Below are positions 1-8,337 of a stretch of 36,389 nucleotides of DNA, piece by piece; the first letter of the stretch is position 1; every line of letters begins with the position of its first letter. Source of the stretch: Acidobacteriota bacterium. Lineage in GTDB: Bacteria; Acidobacteriota; Thermoanaerobaculia; UBA5066; Gp7-AA6. Under the pieces are notes generated by a model, which was not told the DNA's origin, made no database searches, and was given only the letters and a program-made list of their open reading frames with translations. A program made the position numbers and the translations under genes. Location: positions 1 through 36,389 of the forward strand of contig JANMPW010000002.1 in assembly GCA_031370065.1 (NCBI GenBank), read 5' to 3'.

Positions 1-132
1 TGCTCCGAGACCTCGTATTTTCCGATTTTGTTGAGCATTGCCCCGCCGCCGGACCCCCTCAGTGTAAACGAAGCGGGGGGCCCCCGAAACCGTTGCCCGG
101 GAGAGGCTTGGGATGGGTACACTGGGGCTTGG

Positions 133-666
133 ATGAGCCGCGCGGTGCTCGCTCTGGTGCTGGTGATGACGGCGCTGCCGGCGGCCGCATGCCGCAGGCT
201 CGAGACGAAGGACTTGGACGCGGTGCGCGCATTGCGGGCCCGCGCTCTGCCGCGATTCCGCCCCCCCGCGGACGGGGTGTTCACTGCCGCTCAGCTGGCC
301 GCGTTCCTGAAGGTGCGCCGCGCCGCCGGGAACCGAACCGAAGCGCAGGCGGCCTCCGCCCTGGGGGCCGACCCGGCCGAGATCGCATGGGTCCGCGCGC
401 GGATCGTCGAGGCCCTGCTCGCGCTCGAGGCGAGGCAGGTGACCGACGCCGCGTTCGAATCGTACGGCGGCGCCATCGCCCGTTTGCGCGAGGCGCGCCG
501 ATCGACGCGGGACCCAAAAACGGCGGCACGGCTCGACGTCGAGATCGCCGGGCTCGAGCGCGAGCGGGCCTCGCTTCGCAAGGGCGAATCGCCGGCCCCG
601 GCGTCCTTGAAGAACGCTGCCCGCCTCGCGCCGCGGCGCGCCGAGCTCCTGGCGCTCGGACTGTGA
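133..666 (+). CDS. hypothetical lipoprotein / secreted protein
   Basis: In-frame ATG at 133 within ORF 28..666 gives the N-terminus MSRAVLALVLVMTALPAAAC, a hydrophobic signal followed by a lipobox-like Cys. The body is Ala/Arg/Glu-rich and looks helical; no family recognised. Its TGA stop overlaps the GTG of the next gene (GTGA, 663-666). Confidence 0.5.
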   Translation: MSRAVLALVLVMTALPAAACRRLETKDLDAVRALRARALPRFRPPADGVFTAAQLAAFLKVRRAAGNRTEAQAASALGADPAEIAWVRARIVEALLALEARQVTDAAFESYGGAIARLREARRSTRDPKTAARLDVEIAGLERERASLRKGESPAPASLKNAARLAPRRAELLALGL

Positions 667-1709
667 CGCCCGTCGAGCGCTTCCTCGACGAAGAGATTGC
701 CGCGGGTTCGTTTCCGGGCGCGGTCGCGCTCGTCGGGTCGGGCGACGGGGCCCTGGAGATCGCGGCCGCGGGATACGCGTGCCTCGAGCCCGAGCGCGTC
801 GAAGTCGCGCGGGAAACCCTCTTCGATCTGGCCAGCCTGACCAAACCCCTGTGCTCGGGTGCCCTCGCTGTGGTCGCCGGGGATGCGCTGGCACTGGACG
901 CGGCGCCGGGACGCTACCTCCCCGAGTGGAAACAAACGCGGTTCGAGGGAATCCGCATCGAGCATCTGCTCACCCACACGTCCGGGCTCTCGGGGTGGTA
1001 CCCGCTGTACACACGGGGCGAAGGAGCGGCGTCCTATCGGAAGACGCTGGTGTCGATGGAGCCGCAGGCGCGGGCGGGCGACCAGGTCCTCTACAGCGAT
1101 CTGAACTTCCTTCTCCTCGGCGAAATTCTCGAGACGATTTTTGCGGCGCCTCTCGATCGCCTCTTCTCCGACCTCGTTGCGGGCCCGGCCGGCTCCCGCG
1201 CCGGCTTCCTTCCTCCGCCGGGCGCGGCCGCGGCCGCGACAGAAAAGGGCGATCGCTTCGAGCGGGCGATGACGGAATCGCGGGGATTGACCTACGCGCG
1301 GTTCCGCGACGCAGTGGTGCGCGGGGAAGTCCATGACGGGAACGCCTTCCGGCGCGGCGGCGTGGCAGGGCACGCGGGGCTCTTCGCCACGGCGGCGGAT
1401 GTGTACGCGCTCGCCCGGACCTGGCTCGAGCCCGACCGCGTGGACGCCGGCAGGGACCGCACGCCGGATCTGTCGGAGGCGCGGGGCCTCGCGTGGCAGG
1501 GCCGGCGCGGCGCCGGTTCGGCCATTCCCGAGATGTCGCCGCGAGCCTTCGGTCATACGGGATTCACGGGGACGTCGCTCTGGATCGATCCGGACAGGGG
1601 GCTCGTGAGTGTGCTGCTGACGAATCGGATCCATCCCGAGGTTCGCGAAATCCCGTTCAACGAGGTGCGTCAGCGCTTTCACGCGGCGGTCTACGCCTCG
1701 TACGCCTGA
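663..1709 (+). CDS. serine hydrolase, beta-lactamase / penicillin-binding-protein family
   Basis: The C-terminal 348 aa of ORF 93..1709 starting at in-frame GTG 663 (VTPVERFLDEEIAAGSFPGAVALV...). It has an SxxK active-site motif (LASLTKPL), a YSD motif in the Tyr-x-Asn (YxN) motif position, and HTGFTGTSLWIDP near the C-terminus, as in class C-like esterases. The upstream 190 codons are Arg/Gly/Pro junk overlapping the previous gene in another frame. Confidence 0.85.
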   Translation: MTPVERFLDEEIAAGSFPGAVALVGSGDGALEIAAAGYACLEPERVEVARETLFDLASLTKPLCSGALAVVAGDALALDAAPGRYLPEWKQTRFEGIRIEHLLTHTSGLSGWYPLYTRGEGAASYRKTLVSMEPQARAGDQVLYSDLNFLLLGEILETIFAAPLDRLFSDLVAGPAGSRAGFLPPPGAAAAATEKGDRFERAMTESRGLTYARFRDAVVRGEVHDGNAFRRGGVAGHAGLFATAADVYALARTWLEPDRVDAGRDRTPDLSEARGLAWQGRRGAGSAIPEMSPRAFGHTGFTGTSLWIDPDRGLVSVLLTNRIHPEVREIPFNEVRQRFHAAVYASYA

Positions 1710-1727
1710 GGTAGACTCCCGCTTCTC

Positions 1728-2921
1728 ATGGCGGAGACCGGTTCCGACATCGTCATCCTCGAGGGCGCGCGGACTCCGATGGTGGAGTACAACGGCGCGT
1801 TTGCGGACGTCACGGCCATCGACCTGGGCGTCCACGCGGCCCGCGAGGCACTCAAGCGCTGCGGCACGGAGCCTGGCGAAGTGGACCACGTCATCTTCGG
1901 CAACGCCCTGCAGACCTCGGGAGACGCGATCTATGGTGCCCGGCACGTCGGCCTCAAGGCGGGAGTTCCCAAGGAAGTTCCGGCCCTGACGGTCAACCGC
2001 CTCTGCGGGTCGGGGTTCGAGTCCATCGTGCAGAGCGCGCACCGGATCCTCCTCGGAGAAGCGACGACGGTCCTCGCCGGAGGAATGGAGAACATGTCGC
2101 AGGCGCCCCACGTCATCCGCGGCGCGCGCAAGGGCCTGCGCTTCGGCCAGGGGCAGCTCGAGGACTCGCTGATGGTCGCCCTGCTCGACTCCTACTGCGG
2201 CCTCTACATGGCCCAGACGTCCGACCGGGTCGCGGCGAAGTACGGGATCTCGCGCGCGGAGCAGGATGCCTACGCGCTTTCCTCGCAGCAACGCGCGGCG
2301 CAAGCCTGGGAGGCATGTCGCCTGTCGGAGGAAGTCGTGCCGGTGGAGGTCCAGACCGGACGCAAGACCGTGCGCGTCGAGAAAGACGACCACCTGCGCC
2401 CCGACTCGACCCTCGAGGCGCTCGCGGCGCTGCCGCCTTCCTTCGGCAAGGACGGGGGCGTCACGGCCGGAAATGCGTCCGGGATCGTGGACGGTGCGGC
2501 CGCCGTGGTCGTGACGACGGCGCGGGCGGCAAAGGCGAAGGGGCGCAAACCCCTCGGCCGGTTGGTCTCGTGGGCCGTCGTGGGAGTGGAGCCCGAACTG
2601 ATGGGCCTCGGGCCGGCTCCGGCCGCGCGCAAGGCAATCGCGAAGGCCGGGCTCAAGCTGGAAGACATCGGTCTCTGGGAGATCAACGAGGCCTTCGCGG
2701 GCCAGATCCTCGGTGTGATGCGCGAGCTCTCCCTCGACCGCGAGAAGTTGAACGTGAATGGCGGGGCGATCGCGCTCGGACATCCGCTTGCTGCCACGGG
2801 GACGCGCTGCACGCTGACCCTGCTCAAGGAGATGCGGCGGCGCGGCGTGCGGTACGGCCTGGCCGGCGCGTGCATCGGCGGCGGGCAGGGCATCGCGGTC
2901 GTCGTGGAGTCGGCCGCTTAG
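1728..2921 (+). CDS. acetyl-CoA C-acetyltransferase (thiolase II)
   Basis: 397 aa. It has the thiolase hallmarks NRLCGSG (active-site Cys), GGMENMS, NEAFA, NVNGGAIALGHPLAATG and CIGGGQGIAVV at the C-terminus. Confidence 0.95.
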   Translation: MAETGSDIVILEGARTPMVEYNGAFADVTAIDLGVHAAREALKRCGTEPGEVDHVIFGNALQTSGDAIYGARHVGLKAGVPKEVPALTVNRLCGSGFESIVQSAHRILLGEATTVLAGGMENMSQAPHVIRGARKGLRFGQGQLEDSLMVALLDSYCGLYMAQTSDRVAAKYGISRAEQDAYALSSQQRAAQAWEACRLSEEVVPVEVQTGRKTVRVEKDDHLRPDSTLEALAALPPSFGKDGGVTAGNASGIVDGAAAVVVTTARAAKAKGRKPLGRLVSWAVVGVEPELMGLGPAPAARKAIAKAGLKLEDIGLWEINEAFAGQILGVMRELSLDREKLNVNGGAIALGHPLAATGTRCTLTLLKEMRRRGVRYGLAGACIGGGQGIAVVVESAA

Positions 2922-2934
2922 CGCGGTCCCGGCG

Positions 2935-3273
2935 GTGGGTCTTCTCGTGAACTGGACCGAGAGGATCCTCGACTTTTCCGTGCGCGCTGCAGCCGTGGAT
3001 GACTTCCTGAAGGACCTGCGCGCGCATGGAACGGCGGACCTGAATGCCGTCCTCGCCACGCTCAACGAGAGCGGCCTCTGCCGGGAGGCGCTGGACTATT
3101 GGACCGGAAACGCCTGGATCGAGCTTGCGCCGAACGCCCCGACGGTCGCGCTGGCGGGGTCGGCTTTCGCCCCGCAGCTGACGCTGCGGAATTTTTGTGG
3201 AGAGGCCGCCGAGCGGGACGAAGACATCCCCTCCGCGTCCGAGGAGGAGTCGAAGGATCATGACGATGCGTAA
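2935..3273 (+). CDS. hypothetical small protein with acidic C-terminal tail
   Basis: 112-aa ORF (GTG start; alternative GTG at 2947) with normal amino-acid composition and clear G/C preference at codon position 3. No motif recognised. The tail is ...ERDEDIPSASEEESKDHDDA. Its 3' end overlaps the hbd start. Confidence 0.55.
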   Translation: MGLLVNWTERILDFSVRAAAVDDFLKDLRAHGTADLNAVLATLNESGLCREALDYWTGNAWIELAPNAPTVALAGSAFAPQLTLRNFCGEAAERDEDIPSASEEESKDHDDA

Positions 3274-4114
3274 AGTGGGCGTCCTCGGGGCGGGACTGAT
3301 GGGCTCCGGCATCGCCGAGGTGTGCGCCAAAGCCGGCTACGACACCGTGGTTCGCGAGGTGTCGGAGGATCTGGTCAAGAAGGGGCTTTTGCGGATCGAA
3401 GGGTCGCTCGGCAAGGCCGTCGAAAAGGGCAAGCTCGCGGTGGCGGACCGGGACGCCGCCAGGAAGCGGATCTCCTCGACCACGCGGCTCGAGGATCTCG
3501 CCGACTGCGACCTCGTGATCGAGGCCATCGTCGAGAACCTGGAAGTGAAGAAGGAGACCTACGGCGCGCTCGACCGGCTCTGCAAGCCCGCGACGATCTT
3601 CTGCTCGAACACCTCCTCGCTCACGATCACCGAGATGTCCGCGGCCACCCAGCGTCCGGACCGTTTCGCCGGCCTGCACTTCTTCAACCCCGTCCCCGTG
3701 ATGAAGCTCGTCGAAGTGGTGCGCACGATCTCGACCTCCGACGAGACCGCGGCGGCCGTGTTCGAGTTCGCCCGCTCGCTCGGCAAGGATCCCATCCGCA
3801 CGCACGACAATTCGGGCTTCATTGTCAACCGGCTCCTCGTGCCTTACCTCCTCGACGCCGTGCGCGCCCTCGAGGAAGGCGTCGGCACGCGCGAGGACAT
3901 CGACAAGGGTATGGAGCTCGGGTGCGGACATCCGATGGGCCCGCTCAAGCTTCTCGACTTCGTCGGACTCGACACGACCTACGCCATCGCGGAGATCATG
4001 TTCGACGAGTACCGGGAAAAGCGCTTTGCGCCCCCTCCGATGTTGAAGCGCATGGTCCTCGCCGGGCGCTACGGGAAGAAATCCGGGCGAGGCTTCTACG
4101 AGTACGGAGGGTAG
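3260..4114 (+). CDS. hbd: 3-hydroxybutyryl-CoA dehydrogenase (3-hydroxyacyl-CoA dehydrogenase family)
   Basis: N-terminus MTMRKVGVLGAGLMGSGIAEV is a Rossmann GxGxxG motif. FFNPVPVMKLVEV and GFIVNRLL motifs are typical of Hbd/PaaH. The start could equally be ATG 3266 (MRKVGVLGAG). The ORF-track start at 3197 lies inside the previous ORF. Confidence 0.93.
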   Translation: MTMRKVGVLGAGLMGSGIAEVCAKAGYDTVVREVSEDLVKKGLLRIEGSLGKAVEKGKLAVADRDAARKRISSTTRLEDLADCDLVIEAIVENLEVKKETYGALDRLCKPATIFCSNTSSLTITEMSAATQRPDRFAGLHFFNPVPVMKLVEVVRTISTSDETAAAVFEFARSLGKDPIRTHDNSGFIVNRLLVPYLLDAVRALEEGVGTREDIDKGMELGCGHPMGPLKLLDFVGLDTTYAIAEIMFDEYREKRFAPPPMLKRMVLAGRYGKKSGRGFYEYGG

Positions 4115-4118
4115 GGCC

Positions 4119-4904
4119 ATGGGCGAGCTCGTTCGCGTCGAAGACCAGGAGGGCGGGATCCGCGTGATGACGGTCACGCGGCCGGAAAAGCTGAATGCCC
4201 TGAACGCGGCCGTCCTGGACGATCTCGCGGGCGCTGTCGCGCGCGCGGAGACCGATCCGGGCCTGCGCTGCGTCGTCCTGACCGGAGCCGGCGACAAGGC
4301 GTTCATCGCGGGGGCGGACATCGCCGAGCTCTCGAAACTCTCGCCCCTCGAGGGCCGGGAGCACGCGCGGCGCGGACAGGCCCTGTTCGACCGCGTCTCG
4401 AACCTGCCGGTGCCGACGATTGCCGCCATCAACGGCTTCGCGTACGGCGGCGGGCTCGAGCTCGCGATGGCCTGCTCGCTGCGGGTGGCCGCGGAAAACG
4501 CGCGCATGGGCTTGCCGGAGACGTCGCTCGGAATCCTCCCGGGATACGGCGGCACGCAGCGGCTGGCCCGGCTCGTCGGACCCGCCCGGGCGATGGAGCT
4601 CGTCCTGACCGCCGAGAAGGGCCTGACGGCTGTCGAGGCGGAACGGATCGGCCTCGTCAACAGGGTGTTCCCGGCGGGCGAGGCGCTGTCCGGGGCCCTC
4701 GGCATCGCGAAGAAGATCGCGGGCAACGGCCCCGTCGCCTGCCGCTATGCGATGGAAGCGATCCGGCGCGGCCTCGAGATGCCGCTCGCGGAGGGCCAGC
4801 TGCTCGAGGCGACGCTCTTCGGGCTCTGCGCGGCGACCTCGGACACGAAGGAAGGAATGAACGCCTTCCTCGAGAAGCGCCCGGCGCGCTTCGAAGGACG
4901 CTGA
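4119..4904 (+). CDS. crt: enoyl-CoA hydratase (crotonase family)
   Basis: 261 aa. Crotonase-fold motifs: LNALN, VVLTGAGDKAFIAGADI, AAINGFAYGGGLELAMACSLRVA, GLPETSLGILPGYGGTQRL, and EGMNAFLEKRPARF at the C-terminus. Confidence 0.92.
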   Translation: MGELVRVEDQEGGIRVMTVTRPEKLNALNAAVLDDLAGAVARAETDPGLRCVVLTGAGDKAFIAGADIAELSKLSPLEGREHARRGQALFDRVSNLPVPTIAAINGFAYGGGLELAMACSLRVAAENARMGLPETSLGILPGYGGTQRLARLVGPARAMELVLTAEKGLTAVEAERIGLVNRVFPAGEALSGALGIAKKIAGNGPVACRYAMEAIRRGLEMPLAEGQLLEATLFGLCAATSDTKEGMNAFLEKRPARFEGR

Positions 4905-4918
4905 GGGGACAGTCGGCG

Positions 4919-6088
4919 ATGGGTACGGATCTCGTCAGCGCCTGCATCTTCTGCGCGGGGTGGCTGCTCGGCATGGACCTGGCCCCGCGCGATGGGCTTG
5001 GCGGCCAGATGGGCTTTTCCTATGCGACGATGGCCCGGCGCTACGATGTGACTCCACGGCGCGTCGATTCGTCGGACGTGACTCCGAAGTTCGCCCTGAT
5101 CGGCCTGGGCAACGCCTGGCCCGCGGCGGACGGGCTCGGGGCCGGCACGCCAGCTTCCGAATGGCGTGGGCGCGTGGCCTTCGGCGCCTCGCACGACCAG
5201 CAGGAGCGAAAGGCCCTGGAGGACCTCGACCGCGTCCTCGCCTCGGGCACGGGCCGCTACGAGAATTTCGCGCTGCTGGGACGACTGCCCCTGGGTGAGC
5301 ACGACTCGGTCGAGCTCGCCGTGGACCGGCGCGCGGAAAGCGCCACGGACGTCATTAACATCGGCGGCGAGAACAACACGCTCTCCTCGTCGCGCTCCCT
5401 TTCCGCCTCCCGGATCGACGCGGCCGCCGGCTGGCGCCACCGGTGGCCGGGGTTCGAGGCCGCGGCCGCATTTCGGTGGACCAAGCCCGCCGGCTACAAC
5501 TCGGCCGCCGGTTCGTTTCAGAACGCCTCGGGTCCCTTGTATGGCGGGGATGCCGAGGTGCGCTGGCGCCGCGCCGGTTGGACGCTGCTCCTGCATGGCG
5601 AAAGGATGTGGGGAAACCTCGACGTGCACCGCGAGAGCGCCCCCGACTTCGTCGACCGCGACGCCTCGCTTCCGGCCTCCTTCGAAGCGGTGCGGCTGGG
5701 TGCGGGGTATTCCTGGCCCCGCACAGACCTCTTCCTGACAACGACGTACGACCGGCAGCACCTGCCCTTCGTGTCGCTCGCGGTCCTCGGAACCGAGACC
5801 GTCGCCTTCGACCGCGGCTACGAGCCCGACTCCGTCAACGACGAGTTCTCCTTCGACCTTGCCTTCCGGTACGCGATCACGCCCGCGATTCGCCTGCGCA
5901 TCGGGGTCGTGCTCGCCTGGGGGGCGGAGACCGTGACGCTTCGGGATTCGGCGGGCGCCGTGCCCGACCTTGTGCTGGACGTGAAGCGGCGCGGTGTTTT
6001 CGGCGGAGGGCTCTCCGGCTCTCTCGGCGCTCCCGAGACGGCGCTTTTCATCGGGGCAGACTTCGCGATCGGCGCACCTTCGCCGTAA
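4919..6088 (+). CDS. hypothetical protein, possibly beta-strand-rich (outer-membrane barrel-like)
   Basis: 389-aa ORF 14 nt downstream of crt. It shows good GC3 periodicity and ordinary composition. Repeated alternating aromatic/polar segments (AEVRWRRAGWTLLLHGERMWG, VRLGAGYSWPRTDLFLTTTYD, FSFDLAFRYAITPAIRLRIGVVLAWG) suggest amphipathic beta strands. No family recognised, and the N-terminal signal is not convincing. Confidence 0.55.
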   Translation: MGTDLVSACIFCAGWLLGMDLAPRDGLGGQMGFSYATMARRYDVTPRRVDSSDVTPKFALIGLGNAWPAADGLGAGTPASEWRGRVAFGASHDQQERKALEDLDRVLASGTGRYENFALLGRLPLGEHDSVELAVDRRAESATDVINIGGENNTLSSSRSLSASRIDAAAGWRHRWPGFEAAAAFRWTKPAGYNSAAGSFQNASGPLYGGDAEVRWRRAGWTLLLHGERMWGNLDVHRESAPDFVDRDASLPASFEAVRLGAGYSWPRTDLFLTTTYDRQHLPFVSLAVLGTETVAFDRGYEPDSVNDEFSFDLAFRYAITPAIRLRIGVVLAWGAETVTLRDSAGAVPDLVLDVKRRGVFGGGLSGSLGAPETALFIGADFAIGAPSP

Positions 6089-6119
6089 CCTGCTAAAATC
6101 GTCGGGGAAGAAAACGCTC

Positions 6120-7370
6120 TTGCATCCTCCGGACTCCGACCTCATCTACGACTGGAACCGCGCCGGGGGGGCCGTGTCTCCCGCGCGGGGCAAGGTCGAG
6201 CTCGACGACGAGACGCTGCGGGACGGCCTGCAGTCGCCTTCCGTCAAGAGTCCCTCGATCGACCAGAAGATCGGCATTCTCCACCTCATGGAGGCGCTCG
6301 GAATCGATTCGGCGGACATCGGCCTTCCGGGAGCCGGGCCGCATGTGGTCGAGACCGTCACGCGCCTGGCCCAGGAGATCGTCCGGGGCAGGATGAAGAT
6401 CCGTCCCAACTGCGCGGCTCGCACGGTGGCGGCGGACATCCTCCCCATCATCGAGATCTCGCAGAAGGTCGGCATCCCCATCGAGGTGTCCTGTTTCATC
6501 GGCTCCTCGCCCATCCGCCAGTACGCCGAGGACTGGGATTTCGACCGGATGCTGCGCCTGTCCGAGGACGCCGTCGCGCTGGCCGTCAAGGAAGGCCTGC
6601 CGGTCATGTACGTGACCGAGGATACGAGCCGAGCCCACCCCGACCACATTCGACGGATGTACTCGACGGCGATCCGCGCGGGCGCCGGGCGCATCTGCGT
6701 GTGCGACACGGTCGGCCACGCCACGCCCAACGGCGTGCGCAACCTGGTGAAGTTCGTCTCTCAGCTTGCCGCGGAGCTCGACCCCGAGGTCCGCGTGGAC
6801 TGGCACGGCCACCAGGACCGCGGGCTCGGCGTGACGAACGCGCTTTGGGCGCTCGAGGCGGGGGCGCACCGGGTGCATGCCTGCGCGCTCGGCATCGGGG
6901 AGCGTGTCGGCAACACGCCGATGGACCAGCTCCTCGTCAACCTGCAGCTGCTCGGTTGGATCGACCGGGACCTCACGCGCATGAACGACTACTGCGCCGC
7001 GGTCTCCGAGGCGACCGGCGTGCGCATCCCCGACAACTACCCGGTCGTGGGCCGCGATGCCTTCCGGACTGGCACGGGCGTGCACGCGGCGGCGATCATC
7101 AAGGCGCGCAAGAAGGGCGACGAGTGGCTCTCGGACCGCGTATACTCCGGCGTTCCGGCGAGCATGATCGGGCGGCACCAGGTCATCGAGGTGGGGCCGA
7201 TGAGCGGCGTTTCGAACGTCGAGTGCTGGCTCGAGGACCGCGGCATGGAGTCTCGCCCCGAGCTCGTCGACGCGATCTTCCGCCGCGCGAAGGAGAGCGA
7301 CCGCATGCTCCTCGACGAGGAGATCCTCGAGGTCGTGCATCGCCTCACGCCGGCTCCGGCGGCCCATTAA
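6120..7370 (+). CDS. LeuA/HMGL-family (2-isopropylmalate/homocitrate synthase-like) TIM-barrel enzyme
   Basis: VELDDETLRDGLQSPS is the DRE-TIM metal/substrate motif. CDTVGHATP and WHGHQDRGLGVTNALWALEAGA (HxH metal ligands) and ERVGNTPMDQL are also present. At about 416 aa there is no room for a full LeuA C-terminal allosteric domain. I chose TTG 6120, preceded by GGGGAAG 9-10 nt upstream. The ORF-track start at 5994 overlaps the previous gene by 95 nt. Confidence 0.8.
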   Translation: MHPPDSDLIYDWNRAGGAVSPARGKVELDDETLRDGLQSPSVKSPSIDQKIGILHLMEALGIDSADIGLPGAGPHVVETVTRLAQEIVRGRMKIRPNCAARTVAADILPIIEISQKVGIPIEVSCFIGSSPIRQYAEDWDFDRMLRLSEDAVALAVKEGLPVMYVTEDTSRAHPDHIRRMYSTAIRAGAGRICVCDTVGHATPNGVRNLVKFVSQLAAELDPEVRVDWHGHQDRGLGVTNALWALEAGAHRVHACALGIGERVGNTPMDQLLVNLQLLGWIDRDLTRMNDYCAAVSEATGVRIPDNYPVVGRDAFRTGTGVHAAAIIKARKKGDEWLSDRVYSGVPASMIGRHQVIEVGPMSGVSNVECWLEDRGMESRPELVDAIFRRAKESDRMLLDEEILEVVHRLTPAPAAH

Positions 7371-7437
7371 CGGCGGACGCCGCGGCGGGCCCGTTCCGAA
7401 GGCGCCCGGCCCGTCCACGCGTTTTCTCGACCGCGAG

Positions 7438-8337
7438 CTGCCGACGTATCTCGAACACCTGGCCGTTGAGCGGGGACTCGCGCGCGCGAGCGTCGCCGCG
7501 TACCGGAGCGATCTCGAGGCGTTCGGTCGGTTCCTCGCGAAAGCGCGCATCGAAGCGGCCAGGGCTCGGCGCGCGGACCTCGGCCGGTACCTGACGGAAC
7601 TTCGGGGACGGGGTCTCTCCGCGCGCTCCGCTGCGCGCGCTCTCTCCGCGGTGCGCGGGTTTTACGGGTTCGCGGCGGCGCACCTCGGTTTCGACGAGGA
7701 CCCGACCGCCGACATGACCAATCCGAAGATCGGGCTCGCCCTGCCGAAGAGCCTTTCGGAAGGCCAGGTGGAGGCCCTGCTCGGCGCGCCGGACACGGCG
7801 AGTCCACTCGGGCTGCGCGATCGTGCCATGCTGGAGCTCCTGTACGCCTCGGGCCTACGGGTGTCCGAGATCGTGGGCCTTCCGCGGGACGCCGTCGATC
7901 TGGACGCGGGGATTCTGCGCGTCTCGGGCAAGGGCGGCAAGGAGCGGCTCGTTCCGTTTGGCAAGTCGGCCGCGCGGTGGATCTCGCGGTACCTCGAGTC
8001 GGCCCGCCCCGGGCTCGACGGAAAACGCTCGCCGCAACTTTTCCTTTCCGTGCGCGGCGCGGCCATGACGCGGCAGCGATTGTGGCAGCTGATCGAGGGC
8101 TACGGCCGCGTGGCAGGGATCCGCGCTCGACTGGCGCCGCACGCGCTGCGGCACTCGTTCGCGACGCACCTGCTCGAGCATGGCGCGGACTTGCGAGCCC
8201 TCCAGATGATGCTCGGCCATTCCGACATCGCGACGACCCAGATCTACACGCGGGTGTCCCGCTCGCGGCTGCGGCGGGTTTACGACGAGTTCCATCCCCG
8301 GGCGGGCAAGCCCGCGCGCGGGAAGGCGGACCGATGA
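7438..8337 (+). CDS. xerD: tyrosine site-specific recombinase XerD/XerC
   Basis: The catalytic domain is unmistakable: LLYASGLRVSEIVGL, GKGGKERLVPFG, PHALRHSFATHLLEHGADLRALQMMLGHSDIATTQIYTRV, and FHPRA close to the C-terminus. The N-terminal core-binding domain (YLEHLAVERGLARASVAAYRSDLEAF...LSAVRGFYGF) is encoded in the same frame from at least 7423. The first ATG/GTG/TTG in that frame is at 7651, so the 5' end given here (CTG 7438) is a guess. See finding. Confidence 0.8.
   Translation: MPTYLEHLAVERGLARASVAAYRSDLEAFGRFLAKARIEAARARRADLGRYLTELRGRGLSARSAARALSAVRGFYGFAAAHLGFDEDPTADMTNPKIGLALPKSLSEGQVEALLGAPDTASPLGLRDRAMLELLYASGLRVSEIVGLPRDAVDLDAGILRVSGKGGKERLVPFGKSAARWISRYLESARPGLDGKRSPQLFLSVRGAAMTRQRLWQLIEGYGRVAGIRARLAPHALRHSFATHLLEHGADLRALQMMLGHSDIATTQIYTRVSRSRLRRVYDEFHPRAGKPARGKADR

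Noticed and set aside
1-132. Possible promoter or upstream gene end at the left edge (AT-richer stretch CGTATTTTCCGATTTTGTTGAGCATTG and a GGGGGGCCCCC palindrome)
   Set aside because: No convincing -35/-10 pair at proper spacing, and the sequence is truncated by the window edge. It cannot be supported.
93-662. N-terminal 190-codon extension of the beta-lactamase-family ORF
   Set aside because: It is Arg/Gly/Pro-rich and overlaps the lipoprotein gene out of frame. The recognisable domain begins right at GTG 663, which forms a GTGA overlap with the upstream stop.
291-3065. 924-aa minus-strand ORF
   Set aside because: Same shadow-frame geometry relative to the beta-lactamase-family and thiolase genes (its position 1 pairs with their position 3). 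It ends as soon as it enters the differently framed lipoprotein gene. It is Arg/Pro-rich with no motifs.
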